Shown here one piece after another: positions 1-9,522 of a stretch of 32,000 bases of DNA. The stretch is from contig CAVWXJ010000008.1 of assembly GCA_963759195.1 (NCBI GenBank), forward strand, positions 27,898-59,897, given 5' to 3'. This DNA is from an uncultured archaeon. GTDB taxonomy: Archaea; Thermoproteota; Nitrososphaeria; Nitrososphaerales; Gagatemarchaeaceae. Below the pieces are notes generated by a model. That model did no database searches, had not been told where the DNA came from, and was given only the letters and a program-made list of their open reading frames with translations. Positions within the stretch are counted from its first letter, which is position 1, and every line of letters starts with the position of its first letter. The position numbers and the translations under genes were made by a program.

Positions 1-1
1 T

Positions 2-595
2 CCTGATGGGACTGCGGACGTGATAAGGGAAGAGATGTCGGGGGACGCATCGGTACACCTTCTTCTAAGAGGGAGCAAGCAAGGAATCGGTTCGGCCCAC
101 ATCGAAGGGTTCGCGGAGGCGATGAGGGAGTATGCGGCGGACGTCTTGGTCGAACTAGACGCGGACCTACAGCAGCCCCCTGAAAAGATCCCCGAACTTG
201 TCGCTTCTGTGAGGTCGGGCGCGGACGTCGCGGTCGCCTCCAGAAAAGTCACGGGAGGCGGAACTGTCGGCTGGAGTCTCTGGAGAAGGACGGTCAGTTC
301 GGGCGCTAACTTCTATGCCAGAGTGCTTCTGGGAATCCCAATAAGAGACTGCACTTCAGGGTTCAGGGCCCTCAGTAGGAACGCCGCTCAGGTTCTCGTC
401 GAAGGAAAGGTCCAAGCGTCCCAGTTCTACTTTCAGGTCGCTTCTCTGTACCTGCTCAAGAAACAAGGCATGAAGATGGTAGAGATTCCGTTCGTCTTCG
501 GCGAAAGACGGTCAGGAAGGTCAAAGCTCGGCTGGGGCGAAATTGTCGGGTTCTTCTTCGGCGTCCTCAGACTGCGCTTGTCGTCAATTGGCTAA
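2..595 (+). CDS. Dolichol-phosphate mannosyltransferase-like GT2 family glycosyltransferase, truncated at the left window edge
   Basis: The frame stays open to the window edge (PDGTADVIREEM...). GT2/DPM1-like motifs: VELDADLQQPPEKIPEL, DCTSGFRALSR, EIPFVFGERRSGRSKLGWGEI. Confidence 0.85.
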   Translation, partial: PDGTADVIREEMSGDASVHLLLRGSKQGIGSAHIEGFAEAMREYAADVLVELDADLQQPPEKIPELVASVRSGADVAVASRKVTGGGTVGWSLWRRTVSSGANFYARVLLGIPIRDCTSGFRALSRNAAQVLVEGKVQASQFYFQVASLYLLKKQGMKMVEIPFVFGERRSGRSKLGWGEIVGFFFGVLRLRLSSIG

Positions 596-651
596 AGCGC
601 CTCACACATTGACGAAAGTTCTAAAGCCCAACGGAAAGGGCGGGCATCAGG

Positions 652-2634
652 TTGTCCGTCAACTGGGCGCTGCCATTCAGCGAACAGGTCCCGACTGACG
701 GATGGGAGACAGTCACACCGAAGAAGTACATCGCCTCCCACGAATCGAGTCTGGCACGGGGTCCTGAGTTCTGGTCAGCGGTGGCATCTGAGCTGGACTG
801 GTACAGGAAGTGGGACAAGACACTTGACGACAGCAGACCACCTTTCTACAAGTGGTTCGTCGGCGGCGAGCTGAACGCCAGTCATCTCTGCGTAGACAGA
901 CATGCAAAAGGCCCCCTGAGGAACAAGACCGCCATCCTGTGGGAAGGCGAACCCGTCGAGGGAGCGGTCCCTAAGGAGGTCAGGAAGGTAACCTACGGAG
1001 ACCTCTACAGGGATGTGAATCGGATGGCCTATCTTCTCAACCACAGGTATGGGATCAAGAAGGGAGACGCTATCGGACTCTACATGCCGATGGTCCCGGA
1101 GTTCCCGACCGTGATGCTGGCTGCGGCTCGGCTCGGAGCGCCCTTCACAGTCATCTTCTCGGGGTTCAGCGACGAAGCGCTGGCTGAGCGGCTCCAGGAC
1201 GCCGACGCAAAACTGCTTGTCACTGCGGACGGAGGATGGAGAAGGGGGAACGTCATCAAGCTCAAAGAGATTGCCGACGAAGCGATGGCCGAGGCCACCT
1301 GCGTCGAACATTCGCTTGTACTCCGGCGTGTGGGTAACGGGGTCAGCATGCGCCAGGGGCGGGACGAGTACCTCGACTCGGCCATGGACGGCGTCCCCAG
1401 TGACGCGGTGGTGGAGCCTATCAAAGTGAAGTCCGAGGATCCACTCTTCATACTCCACACCTCGGGGACAACTGGGAAGCCAAAGGGGCAGGTTCACGAC
1501 CTTGGCGGCTACCTCACCCTTCTCCACGCCACAATGAATTGGGTGTTCGACATCACTAAGGAAGACATCTACTGGTGTACCGCTGACATCGGCTGGGTGA
1601 CAGGCCACTCATACGTAGTGTTCGGGCCGCTGATGGAAGGCGCGACGACCGTGATGTACGAGGGAGCAATCGACTACCCCCACCCAGACCGATGGGTCTC
1701 CCTGATTGAGCGGCACAAGGTGAGCGTGCTCTACACTTCCCCAACCGCAATACGAGGATTCATGAAAATGGGCGAAGAGTGGGTGAAGAAGCATGATGTC
1801 TCCACCGTCAGGCTCATGCATTCGGTGGGGGAACCCATCAACCCTGCTGCGTTCAGGTGGATGCACAGAATGGTCGGCGGCGACAAGGTGCCCTTCGGAA
1901 GCACGTGGTGGATGACGGAGACCGGGGGAATAATGATCAGCATCACGCCGGGGGGAGAGATGATACCGATGAAACCGGGAACAAACGGCCTTCCCATCCC
2001 AGGCATCGATGCGGACGTGGTCGACGATTCTGGAAAGCCGTCGGCAGCGCTCGCCCGCGGATTCCTTGTGATCAAACGCCCTTGGCCGGGGATGCCGCTC
2101 ACAATACACAAGGACCCTGAGAGATACAGGCAGGTATACTGGAGTAGGTTTCCTGGCTGGTTTTACGCTGGCGACTACGCCGTAAAGGACAACGACGGCT
2201 ACTTCTGGATACTCGGCAGGGCCGACGAGGTGATCAAGGTAGCAGGCCACAGGCTGGGAACCTACGAGCTCGAGTCTGCGCTAGTCCATCACCCGGCGGT
2301 CGCCGAGGCTGCGGTCGTTGGCGTTCCCGACTCGGTCAAGGGAGAGGTTCCAGTCGGGTTTGTGATTCTTCGCTCCGGCAATCTGCCCAGCGACGGGGTA
2401 AGGGAAGAACTCAAAGCAAGAGTCCGCGAGCACGTAGGTCACATCGCCACCCTCAAGGAGGTCTACTTCGTATCCAAGCTGCCAAAGACCAGAAGCGCGA
2501 AGATAATGAGGAGAGTTGTGAAGGCTGTCGTTCAGGGCACCCCGGTGGGTGACGTCACAACCCTCGAGGACGAGGCGTCCGTGGACGAGGTCAAGCGTGC
2601 CTACGAAGAATTGAAGAAAGAGGTTTCCAGGTAA
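652..2634 (+). CDS. acs: Acetyl-CoA synthetase (AMP-forming); TTG start assumed
   Basis: 660 aa with KWFVGGELNASHLCVDRH, ILHTSGTTGKPKG, STWWMTETGG, WFYAGDYAVKDNDGYFWILGRADEVIKVAGHRLGTYELES and a C-terminal PKTRSAKIMRR motif. Confidence 0.95.
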   Translation: MSVNWALPFSEQVPTDGWETVTPKKYIASHESSLARGPEFWSAVASELDWYRKWDKTLDDSRPPFYKWFVGGELNASHLCVDRHAKGPLRNKTAILWEGEPVEGAVPKEVRKVTYGDLYRDVNRMAYLLNHRYGIKKGDAIGLYMPMVPEFPTVMLAAARLGAPFTVIFSGFSDEALAERLQDADAKLLVTADGGWRRGNVIKLKEIADEAMAEATCVEHSLVLRRVGNGVSMRQGRDEYLDSAMDGVPSDAVVEPIKVKSEDPLFILHTSGTTGKPKGQVHDLGGYLTLLHATMNWVFDITKEDIYWCTADIGWVTGHSYVVFGPLMEGATTVMYEGAIDYPHPDRWVSLIERHKVSVLYTSPTAIRGFMKMGEEWVKKHDVSTVRLMHSVGEPINPAAFRWMHRMVGGDKVPFGSTWWMTETGGIMISITPGGEMIPMKPGTNGLPIPGIDADVVDDSGKPSAALARGFLVIKRPWPGMPLTIHKDPERYRQVYWSRFPGWFYAGDYAVKDNDGYFWILGRADEVIKVAGHRLGTYELESALVHHPAVAEAAVVGVPDSVKGEVPVGFVILRSGNLPSDGVREELKARVREHVGHIATLKEVYFVSKLPKTRSAKIMRRVVKAVVQGTPVGDVTTLEDEASVDEVKRAYEELKKEVSR

Positions 2635-2636
2635 GC

Positions 2637-2805
2637 AGAATAGAGGATATTGTAGATTGAAATATTGTAAGAGTGGTAGTGAGTGTTGGGTTAGGATTAG
2701 TGGAAAATAAGATGGTGTTTTTTTTTTAGTTAGTTGGGATAGGAATAGAGATTTGTTTAGTTATAGTGTGTTGTAAGTTTTATAAATTGGTTGGAAGTTA
2801 GAAGT
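2637..2805. other. Intergenic tract with no cytosine on the + strand (169 nt); part of a ~480-nt C-poor, AT-rich region (about 2640-3120)
   Basis: Direct reading: no C between the C at 2636 and the C at 2806, while G is abundant. Surrounding genes are GC-rich with ordinary C usage. Confidence 0.95.
2718..2727 (+). terminator. Candidate oligo-T terminator downstream of acs
   Basis: Run of 10 T about 85 nt after the acs stop. Archaeal terminators are typically T-rich. It lies inside the anomalous C-free tract, so the assignment is tentative. Confidence 0.35.
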
Positions 2806-3122
2806 CTGTCACTTAGTTTAATTTTTATGTTTGAGAGATTAGAGAGAGTACTAGATTAAGAGTTCTATGGGTTTAAGAAGGATGAGGATTAAATTGTAAG
2901 TGACATAGACATAGAGCTTCTCTCATTAAAAAACGAGAACAAGTACACTAAAGGTTTGGGGACTGAGATAAAAGAGCTTGTAAGTATACTAGATAGTGTG
3001 AAAGTGTATTTTGTAGTAATAGATAGTGTGGTATAAAAATGAGTATTTAAACATGGGCTAGGCTTATAAGATGAGAATAAGTATAGCAACATTAATATAC
3101 ACAATAGTATTAAAGTAAGGAT

Positions 3123-4367
3123 ATGGATATAGAAAGAGAGAGGTGGGAAATGGACGCAGACGACTTCGAGGCGCTCTCGGAATACCTCGAAAAGAGACAC
3201 GAGGAGGAGCAGAGACTGATGAACCAATTCAACCTCAAAGCGACATTCGACGAGCGTGAGGCAAGAGGCGAGGCAATCGCCCATGAGTTCGGGTGGGTTC
3301 AACGCGTGGACGAGTTCTCTTACAGAGTTCACAGTCAGAAGCTGGACAAGGAATACCAAGTCCAGAAGACCGAGACGGGTTGGGTTTGTTCCTGCCCTGA
3401 TTCCACGTTTAGGCTTCTCAAGTGCAAGCACGTCTGGGCTGTCGAGATTAGCTGGACTCTGAGGGAGCAAGTCAAGGAGTCGGTTGTGATTCAGTCGGTT
3501 AGGGTAGATGCGTGCCTGTTCTGCGGTTCGGGTCGGCTCGTCAAGGACGGGATAAGACACAACAAGTCGGGCGACATTCAGAAGTTCGAGTGCCGAGACT
3601 GCGGGAGATACTTCACGGTCAACGTGGGCTTCGAGAGGATGAAGCACGACCCGAAGGCGATAACTGCGGCCATGCAGTTCTACTTCTCTGGGAGAGAGTT
3701 CGAGGAATACAGCGAGGGCGCTCAAGCTCATGGGGGCGGAGGTATTCACATAGAACTGTCCTCAACTGGATTGGAAAGTATGTCGCTCTCATGGATAAGT
3801 ATCTGGACAAGATTACCCCGCATGTCTCGAACACATGGAGGGCAGACGAGATGTTCGTCAAGGTGAAGGGAAACGTGAAGTGGCTGTTCGCCATGATGGA
3901 CGACGAGACTCGCTTCTGGATTGCTCAACAGGTCTCAGACACCAAATTCAACGCGGCAGTTAGGCCACTCTTCGCGGATGCCAAGCGGATAGCGGGGAAG
4001 CGGCCTCTGACCCTCATCACAGACGGAGGCCACCACTTCAATCAACCCTTCAAGAAGGAGTTCTATTCCAAGTATGCCCCGTTCTCCATCCATGTGAGGG
4101 ACATTCAGGCTCAGCGGCCAAGTCCACAACAACAAGATGGAGCGCATGAATGGGGAAATTCGAGACCGAGAGAAGGTCATGCGTGGTCTAAAGAACACCG
4201 ACACGCCCATCCTCAAGGGCATCCAGATTTACCACAACTTCATCCGACCCCATGAATCGCTGAACGGTCAGACACCCGCAGACAAAGCGGGAATCAGGGT
4301 CGAGGGGAAGGACAAGTGGCTGACTCTGATTCAGAACGCGAGCAAAGGCTCAAAGGCCAAACCATAG
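3123..4367 (+). pseudogene. Frameshifted transposase with N-terminal SWIM zinc finger, zinc ribbon, HTH-like segment and IS6/IS240-like DDE catalytic domain
   Basis: SWIM CSCPDSTFRLLKCKH. Zn ribbon CLFCGSGRLVKDG...FECRDCGRYF. DDE segment WRADEMFVKVKGNVKWLFAMMDDETRFWIAQQVSDTKF...LITDGGHHFNQPFKKEF in a second frame. NNKMERMNGEIRDREKVMRGLKN...IQIYHNFIRPHESLNGQTPADKAGI back in the first frame. Coding similarity is spread over ORFs 3123-3866, 3512-4255 and 4137-4367. Confidence 0.85.
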
Positions 4368-4388
4368 ATACCCTCACGGGAGGAGTAA

Positions 4389-4649
4389 TTGAGTTCTGAA
4401 GAACGGCAGAAAAGGCTTGAGGCTTTGAATCGTTGGTGGAGGGTAGAGATTCCAAGAAGAATCGTTGGTGGTTGGATTGATGACAAGGACGATGATGTTT
4501 TCGAGGAAGTTGTGTATGCACTGATAGCGCAAGCCCAGAAGAGGTGGGGTGTGGCAATCACAACTGCGAGAGATTATGCAAGAGTGGTCTTTATCGCTAA
4601 TGAGGCTTACCTGAAGTCCGAACAAAAGAAGCATAGGAAGTCAGGATAG
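4389..4649 (+). CDS. Small hypothetical protein (TTG start)
   Basis: 86 aa, uninterrupted, ordinary residue composition (WGVAITTARDYARVVFIANEAYL). Family not recognised. Confidence 0.4.
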   Translation: MSSEERQKRLEALNRWWRVEIPRRIVGGWIDDKDDDVFEEVVYALIAQAQKRWGVAITTARDYARVVFIANEAYLKSEQKKHRKSG

Positions 4650-4773
4650 GCCGATTAGTTCATTCGCCCGACGAAAGTTTCCAATTCACCGAAAGAGGGA
4701 GAATCCGACAAAGACTTCCCAGAACCCTGAGACCAAAGATACAAATACGAGAGAAATCAGATTCTCGAAAGAA

Positions 4774-4977
4774 TTGTCAGAAACTCCTGCAGCACCCGCT
4801 GAGAAGCCTGCTGAGCCAGCCAAGGTCTTCGCCAGCGCAATCTATGAGTGTGTGAGGTGCGGGACAAGGACGACCCAGGAAGAGCTGTCACATCTCCCAG
4901 AAGTGAAGTGCATCTGCGGCTACCGCGTTTTCAGAAAGGCGCGGCCGCCCGTAGTGAAACAGATCAAGGCAGTCTAG
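4774..4977 (+). CDS. rpoP: DNA-directed RNA polymerase subunit P (Rpo12/RPC10-like)
   Basis: 67 aa; YECVRCGTRTTQEEL...VKCICGYRVFRKARPPVVKQIKAV matches the archaeal RpoP CxxC...CxxCG[YF]R...K.RPP pattern. Confidence 0.85.
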   Translation: MSETPAAPAEKPAEPAKVFASAIYECVRCGTRTTQEELSHLPEVKCICGYRVFRKARPPVVKQIKAV

Positions 4978-5082
4978 CCGAACGTCTTAGGGTTTCGACA
5001 CCTGCCTAACTAGAAGTGCTACAGCTGCCTCATCGTTTATGTATGCGACGGCGAGAGCGATTTTGATTCTCGGATGTACGTC

Positions 5083-6117
5083 ATGAGAAGCAAGATTCCT
5101 ACAGCAATCAAGGGCTACGGGGCTTATGTTCCATACTACCGACTTCCAACGACCGAAATCGCCCGAATCTGGAAGGGAGGGGGGACAGGCCCGAACCTCG
5201 AAAAATCCGTTGCCGGGCTCGACGAGGATACGGCAACCATGGCCATAGAAGCTTCAAGGATGGCAATGAAGATGGCTGGGGTCGAGCATCTCGGGGCGGT
5301 CTTTGTCGGAACCGAGTCGAAGCCCTACGCAGTCAAACCTACAAGCACGATAGTCGCTCAGGCGCTGGGACAGCACCATACGCTCTCTGCCGACCTGGAG
5401 TTCGCGTGCAAGGCAGGGACCGAGGCGATGCAGGTGGTGATGGGGCTTGTGGGCTCGGGAATGATCGACGCGGGTCTTGCCATAGGCATGGACACGGCCC
5501 AAGGGAGGCCGGGAGACGACCTAGAGTACACTGCTTCTAGCGGCGGCGCAGCCTTCGTGATCGGGCAAAAGGACAAGGACGCAATCGCCTACTTCGATTG
5601 CAGCACGTCCTACGTGTCGGACACGGGAGACTTCTGGAGACGCCCTCGCCAGATGTATCCACGACACCTCTCAAGGTTCACAGGGGAGCCTGCCTACTTT
5701 CATCACATCGAGACAGCCGTCAAGACGCTCTTCGAAGAGACTGGGCACAAGGCGAGCGATTTCGACTATGCGGTCTTCCATCAGCCCAATCCGAGGTTTC
5801 CCGTTGAGGTGGCCACCAGACTCGGATTCAACGCCGACCAGATCAAGACAGGCCTTCTGAACCCAATGATAGGCAACACCTACGCAGGCTCATCGCCCAT
5901 CGGGCTGGCAGCGGTCCTTGACGAGGCCAAGCCGGGCAACAAGATACTGGTCGCGAGCTTCGGCTCCGGAGCAGGTTCAGACGTCTTCTGCATAGAAGTC
6001 CTAGATGGGATCAAGAAGAAGCGCGGAATCAACCCGACGGTGAAATCGATGATTCAAAGGAGTTCCAAGATTGATTATTCAACATACATCAAGTTCCGTG
6101 AGAAGCTCCACAGGTAG
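5083..6117 (+). CDS. Hydroxymethylglutaryl-CoA synthase (archaeal type)
   Basis: MRSKIPTAIKGYGAYVPYYRLPTTEIA..., DLEFACKAGTEAMQ, YFHHIETAVKTLFEETG, GNTYAGSSPIGLAAVLDEA. The ORF track begins at 5074; ATG 5083 seems likely. Confidence 0.9.
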   Translation: MRSKIPTAIKGYGAYVPYYRLPTTEIARIWKGGGTGPNLEKSVAGLDEDTATMAIEASRMAMKMAGVEHLGAVFVGTESKPYAVKPTSTIVAQALGQHHTLSADLEFACKAGTEAMQVVMGLVGSGMIDAGLAIGMDTAQGRPGDDLEYTASSGGAAFVIGQKDKDAIAYFDCSTSYVSDTGDFWRRPRQMYPRHLSRFTGEPAYFHHIETAVKTLFEETGHKASDFDYAVFHQPNPRFPVEVATRLGFNADQIKTGLLNPMIGNTYAGSSPIGLAAVLDEAKPGNKILVASFGSGAGSDVFCIEVLDGIKKKRGINPTVKSMIQRSSKIDYSTYIKFREKLHR

Positions 6118-7286
6118 TGATTGGCTTGGCTAATGGCAAGGCGTACGTCGCATCCGTCGGCTTCACCAAAATCGGAGACCACTGGGAGAGCTCATTGCTT
6201 GACCTCGCGGTGCAGGCTGCAAGAGGAGCGCTCAAGGGAGCCCCCTCGGTCAGACCCCAGCAGATATTCGTCGGGAACATGTTCAGCTCCATAGGTTCGA
6301 ACCAGGAGCATCTCGGCGCGCTGGTCGCAAGTGCTCTGGGTTTTGAAGGAATCCCAGCGTTCAAGGTCGAGGCCGCCTGCGCGTCAGGCGCATGTGCGTT
6401 CAACGTCGCCTACAAGCTGGTGAAGTCGGGTGCGCTGGACTCTGCACTGGTTGTGGGGGTCGAGAAGATGAGAGACCTAGAGCCCGAGGTCATCTCCCAG
6501 GCCCTGGCCATGGCCGAATCGTACGAATACACTCAGTTTGTTGGGGCGACGTTTGCCGCGATGAACGCGCTCCTCGCAAGGCTGTACATGGAACAGGCCG
6601 GCGTGAGCCGCGACGAGCTGAGCTCCATCCCCGTCATAGACCACAAGAACGCAGTCACGGCGGAGCACGCGCAGTTCAGAAGGGCGATAACGCCAGAGAT
6701 TGTGGCGCGTTCTGCGATGATAGCGGACCCGCTGAGGCTGTTCGACTGCGCGCCCGTAGGCGACGGGGCGGCCGCGGCCCTCTTGGTGAGCGACAAGGCA
6801 GCCGCGGAAACCAAGAGGCTGGTCGAGGTGCTCGGCGGGAGGATAGCGACTACGGTATTCAGCGTCTACGATAGGAAGGATATGCTTAGGTTCACTGCGA
6901 CTGAGGAGGCATTCAAAGCAGCCCTCGGGGAGTCAGCAGTTCCCCGCGCCAAGTTGGACTTCGCGGAGATTCACGACGCCTTCTCTGTGGTTGGCGCACT
7001 CGCGCTGGAAGCGATGGGATTCTCCAAGAAGGGACAGGGTTCCAAAGACGCCGCTCAGGGCAAGTACAACTTCGACTCTGAAATGCCGATCAACACCTTC
7101 GGTGGCCTAAAGGCCCGGGGGCACCCGGTGGGAGCCACAGGACTCTACCAGATCGCCGAGGCCTACCTCCAGCTAACGGGCAAGGGTGGCAAGAACCAGC
7201 TCAAGGAAGCGGAGTACGGAGTCACGCAGAATGTTGGCGCTGTGGATACGACGAGCGCTATTCACATATTCGGGAGGGCGGCCTAG
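6117..7286 (+). CDS. Acetyl-CoA acetyltransferase/thiolase-like protein, archaeal mevalonate cluster type
   Basis: Overlaps the HMGS stop. VEAACASGACAFNVAYKLVKSG, EIHDAFSVVGALALEAMGF, NTFGGLKARGHPVGATGLYQIAEA. Confidence 0.9.
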   Translation: MIGLANGKAYVASVGFTKIGDHWESSLLDLAVQAARGALKGAPSVRPQQIFVGNMFSSIGSNQEHLGALVASALGFEGIPAFKVEAACASGACAFNVAYKLVKSGALDSALVVGVEKMRDLEPEVISQALAMAESYEYTQFVGATFAAMNALLARLYMEQAGVSRDELSSIPVIDHKNAVTAEHAQFRRAITPEIVARSAMIADPLRLFDCAPVGDGAAAALLVSDKAAAETKRLVEVLGGRIATTVFSVYDRKDMLRFTATEEAFKAALGESAVPRAKLDFAEIHDAFSVVGALALEAMGFSKKGQGSKDAAQGKYNFDSEMPINTFGGLKARGHPVGATGLYQIAEAYLQLTGKGGKNQLKEAEYGVTQNVGAVDTTSAIHIFGRAA

Positions 7287-7676
7287 ATGGCGATACAATA
7301 TTGGAGGCAGAGGGACAGGTACTACAGACTGATTGGAAGCAAGTGCACAGAGTGCGGAGCGGAGTTCTTCCCTCCAGTCTACAAATGCAGGAAGTGCGGC
7401 TCCGAGAGTGTGGAAGACAAAGAGATGCCGAAGACGGGAAAGATTCTGACGTATACCGTGCTCCACGAGCCCCTGCCGGGGTTCGAGGCTCAGGCGCCAT
7501 TCTTCATTGCCGTAATCGAGCTTGAGAACGGAGGCCGGGTGCTCAGCCAGGTTGTCGACTCGCCCGATGAATCTGTGAGGATCGGAGCGAAGGTGCGCGC
7601 GACTGTCAGAAAGGTCAGGGTAGATGGCGAATCTGGCCAGATTCTTTACGGCTACAAATTCATTGTAGAAAGCTAG
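7287..7676 (+). CDS. DUF35/OB-fold zinc-ribbon acyl-CoA-associated protein
   Basis: KCTECGAEFFPPVYKCRKCGSES...GKILTYTVLHEPLPGFEAQAPFFIAVIELENGGRVLSQVV. Directly follows the thiolase, the conserved archaeal arrangement. Confidence 0.9.
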   Translation: MAIQYWRQRDRYYRLIGSKCTECGAEFFPPVYKCRKCGSESVEDKEMPKTGKILTYTVLHEPLPGFEAQAPFFIAVIELENGGRVLSQVVDSPDESVRIGAKVRATVRKVRVDGESGQILYGYKFIVES

Positions 7677-8033
7677 CAACCGAACGGCAATTACACGTGC
7701 AATCTAAGCTCCTGAAACCACTTCCCTGAACGACTCTCTCCTTCACATCCTGCCGAGGGTTCACCAGATTCCACATGCCGAAGGCCTTTATACTCTCCAG
7801 GGATACTTGTTCATTATGACTTTTGCGCGAAGAAAGAAGTGGGAAGTAATTCGAAGACGGAGACACTCTTCTCATCAGAACACGCTTGAACACCGTTCTG
7901 CTCACCCATCGAAATCCGGTTAACGGATCAAGCGAAGAGTCCTGAACAAGGAACAAACTGTCTCGTTTGATTCAATAATCAGCTACAAATTCGCAGACGA
8001 AGGCTGATTGAACGGGCCGCCGGTGGGTACGGG

Positions 8034-9440
8034 CTAGGTGGTTCCAATGATTGCATCCTTTCCGAATCTGCCCCTGATGTAACGTGCAAGCAAGGGCGCT
8101 TGGATGGTTATGGAGAGGAAGGCGACTCCGAGGACCATTGTAGTTATGGTCTGGACATCGCCCTGAGAAACAACAGCCGACACACCGAGTGATGCGGCAA
8201 GAGCGATTGACAAGGCGCCGCGGAACCCGCCGAGAACGGCGACGTTGCTCCACGAAATCGGGATTTTTTCGCCCACCTGGCTGAAGATTGCCAAGATTGG
8301 GTATGCCGACGCCGTTCTTGCGACTGTCACGGCCAGATACGCTGCGAGTATCGGGACCAGGGCAACGTAGATTGCACCAAGATTCGTCTCGAATCCTATC
8401 ATTAGGAAAGCGACGGAGTTGCCGAGGAAGGCTGCTAGTTCCCAAAAGGTCGAGATTGCCTCTCTTCCGGGAGAGGCTATGGTGGAACCTCTTGTGACGT
8501 TCCCGATGTACAAGCCCACGATTGCAACTGCGATGAGGCCAGACATTCCGAGCCCTGAAGCAAACACGTACGAACCGTAAACAGCGGACACCGTCACAAT
8601 GGTCTTCGCGGTCCTGTCCTCGACCGCTGAGATAATCCGTCGCGCCCACAGCGCAACGAGGAGACCGATTACCGCCCCTCCAGCCATTGTGAAGACGAAA
8701 AGGGTGAACGATGAGAAGAGGGAAATCCCGGCCACTCCCACGGAAGACAGCAAGATGCTGAAAATCACGATTGCCGTTGCATCGTTGAAAGCTGCTTCGA
8801 CTTCCATCAAGGTCGAGAGTTTCAGGGGGACCTTGGCTCGGCGGAACACTTCAAGGACCGTTACCGTGTCCGTGGGTGAAATGATCACAGCAAAGAGCAT
8901 TGAAGCCATGAGCGAAAGGCCTGCGAGTCGCCACAGGATTGCGCCGCACACCAGTGTGGCAACCGCAACTCCGACTGTCGCAAGGACAAGGGCGGGCCTG
9001 ACGACGCTCTTCAAGTTCTCGACATCCACGTGCATCATCGCCTCGAAAATCAGCGGGGGTACCACGAGGCCGACGAACAGACCACCCTTGACGAGGGTGG
9101 AGTAGACAGACCTCATCTGTGTAACCGCTTCGACGATTCCTGTTGTGACCGCATTAGAACCCAAGGTCGGAAGAGAAGCAAAGGTTGTGACACCGATGCC
9201 GACAAAGACGAGCACCAAGGTGTAGGGAAGCTTTGACTTGACCGAAAGGAGTTCCGAAGCCACGAGCACGAGCAGAAAACCCGTGAGTACTATCTCAGTC
9301 GCCGCGACTGCCACAGAGCGCTTTCGCTCGGATAAGAGATAAGCGTTAGCTTGAGCAAGTCTTCCAGACGCGCCGAGTCTGACCAGAGCAAGGCCGTGGA
9401 GACTCGGGGCGAATGGTACCTCAATATCATGATCGGCCAC
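8034..9440 (-). CDS. Na+/H+ (cation:proton) antiporter, NhaP/CPA1-like
   Basis: 468 aa polytopic membrane protein; GGLFVGLVVPPLIFEAMMHVD, FAVIISPTDTVTVLEVFRRAKVP, EAAFNDATAIVIF, VLGGFRGALSIALAASL. Confidence 0.9.
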   Translation of the reverse strand: MADHDIEVPFAPSLHGLALVRLGASGRLAQANAYLLSERKRSVAVAATEIVLTGFLLVLVASELLSVKSKLPYTLVLVFVGIGVTTFASLPTLGSNAVTTGIVEAVTQMRSVYSTLVKGGLFVGLVVPPLIFEAMMHVDVENLKSVVRPALVLATVGVAVATLVCGAILWRLAGLSLMASMLFAVIISPTDTVTVLEVFRRAKVPLKLSTLMEVEAAFNDATAIVIFSILLSSVGVAGISLFSSFTLFVFTMAGGAVIGLLVALWARRIISAVEDRTAKTIVTVSAVYGSYVFASGLGMSGLIAVAIVGLYIGNVTRGSTIASPGREAISTFWELAAFLGNSVAFLMIGFETNLGAIYVALVPILAAYLAVTVARTASAYPILAIFSQVGEKIPISWSNVAVLGGFRGALSIALAASLGVSAVVSQGDVQTITTMVLGVAFLSITIQAPLLARYIRGRFGKDAIIGTT

Positions 9441-9522
9441 GCCCCCATTTCCATGATCAGGGAAGAAAGCAATCCGGACGAGAGCGCAATCTCATATATC
9501 CTCGCTCCTCGCAGGTCGGGGC

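Noticed and set aside
775-2250. Long minus-strand ORFs (775-1608, 1609-2250) opposite acs
   Set aside because: They are antisense to a clearly coding acs gene and lack recognisable protein features; open antisense frames are common in GC-rich genes.
2889-3749. 286-aa minus-strand ORF spanning the C-poor tract and the transposase 5' region
   Set aside because: Antisense to the SWIM/Zn-ribbon coding signal. Its tail is low complexity, produced by the C-poor sequence.
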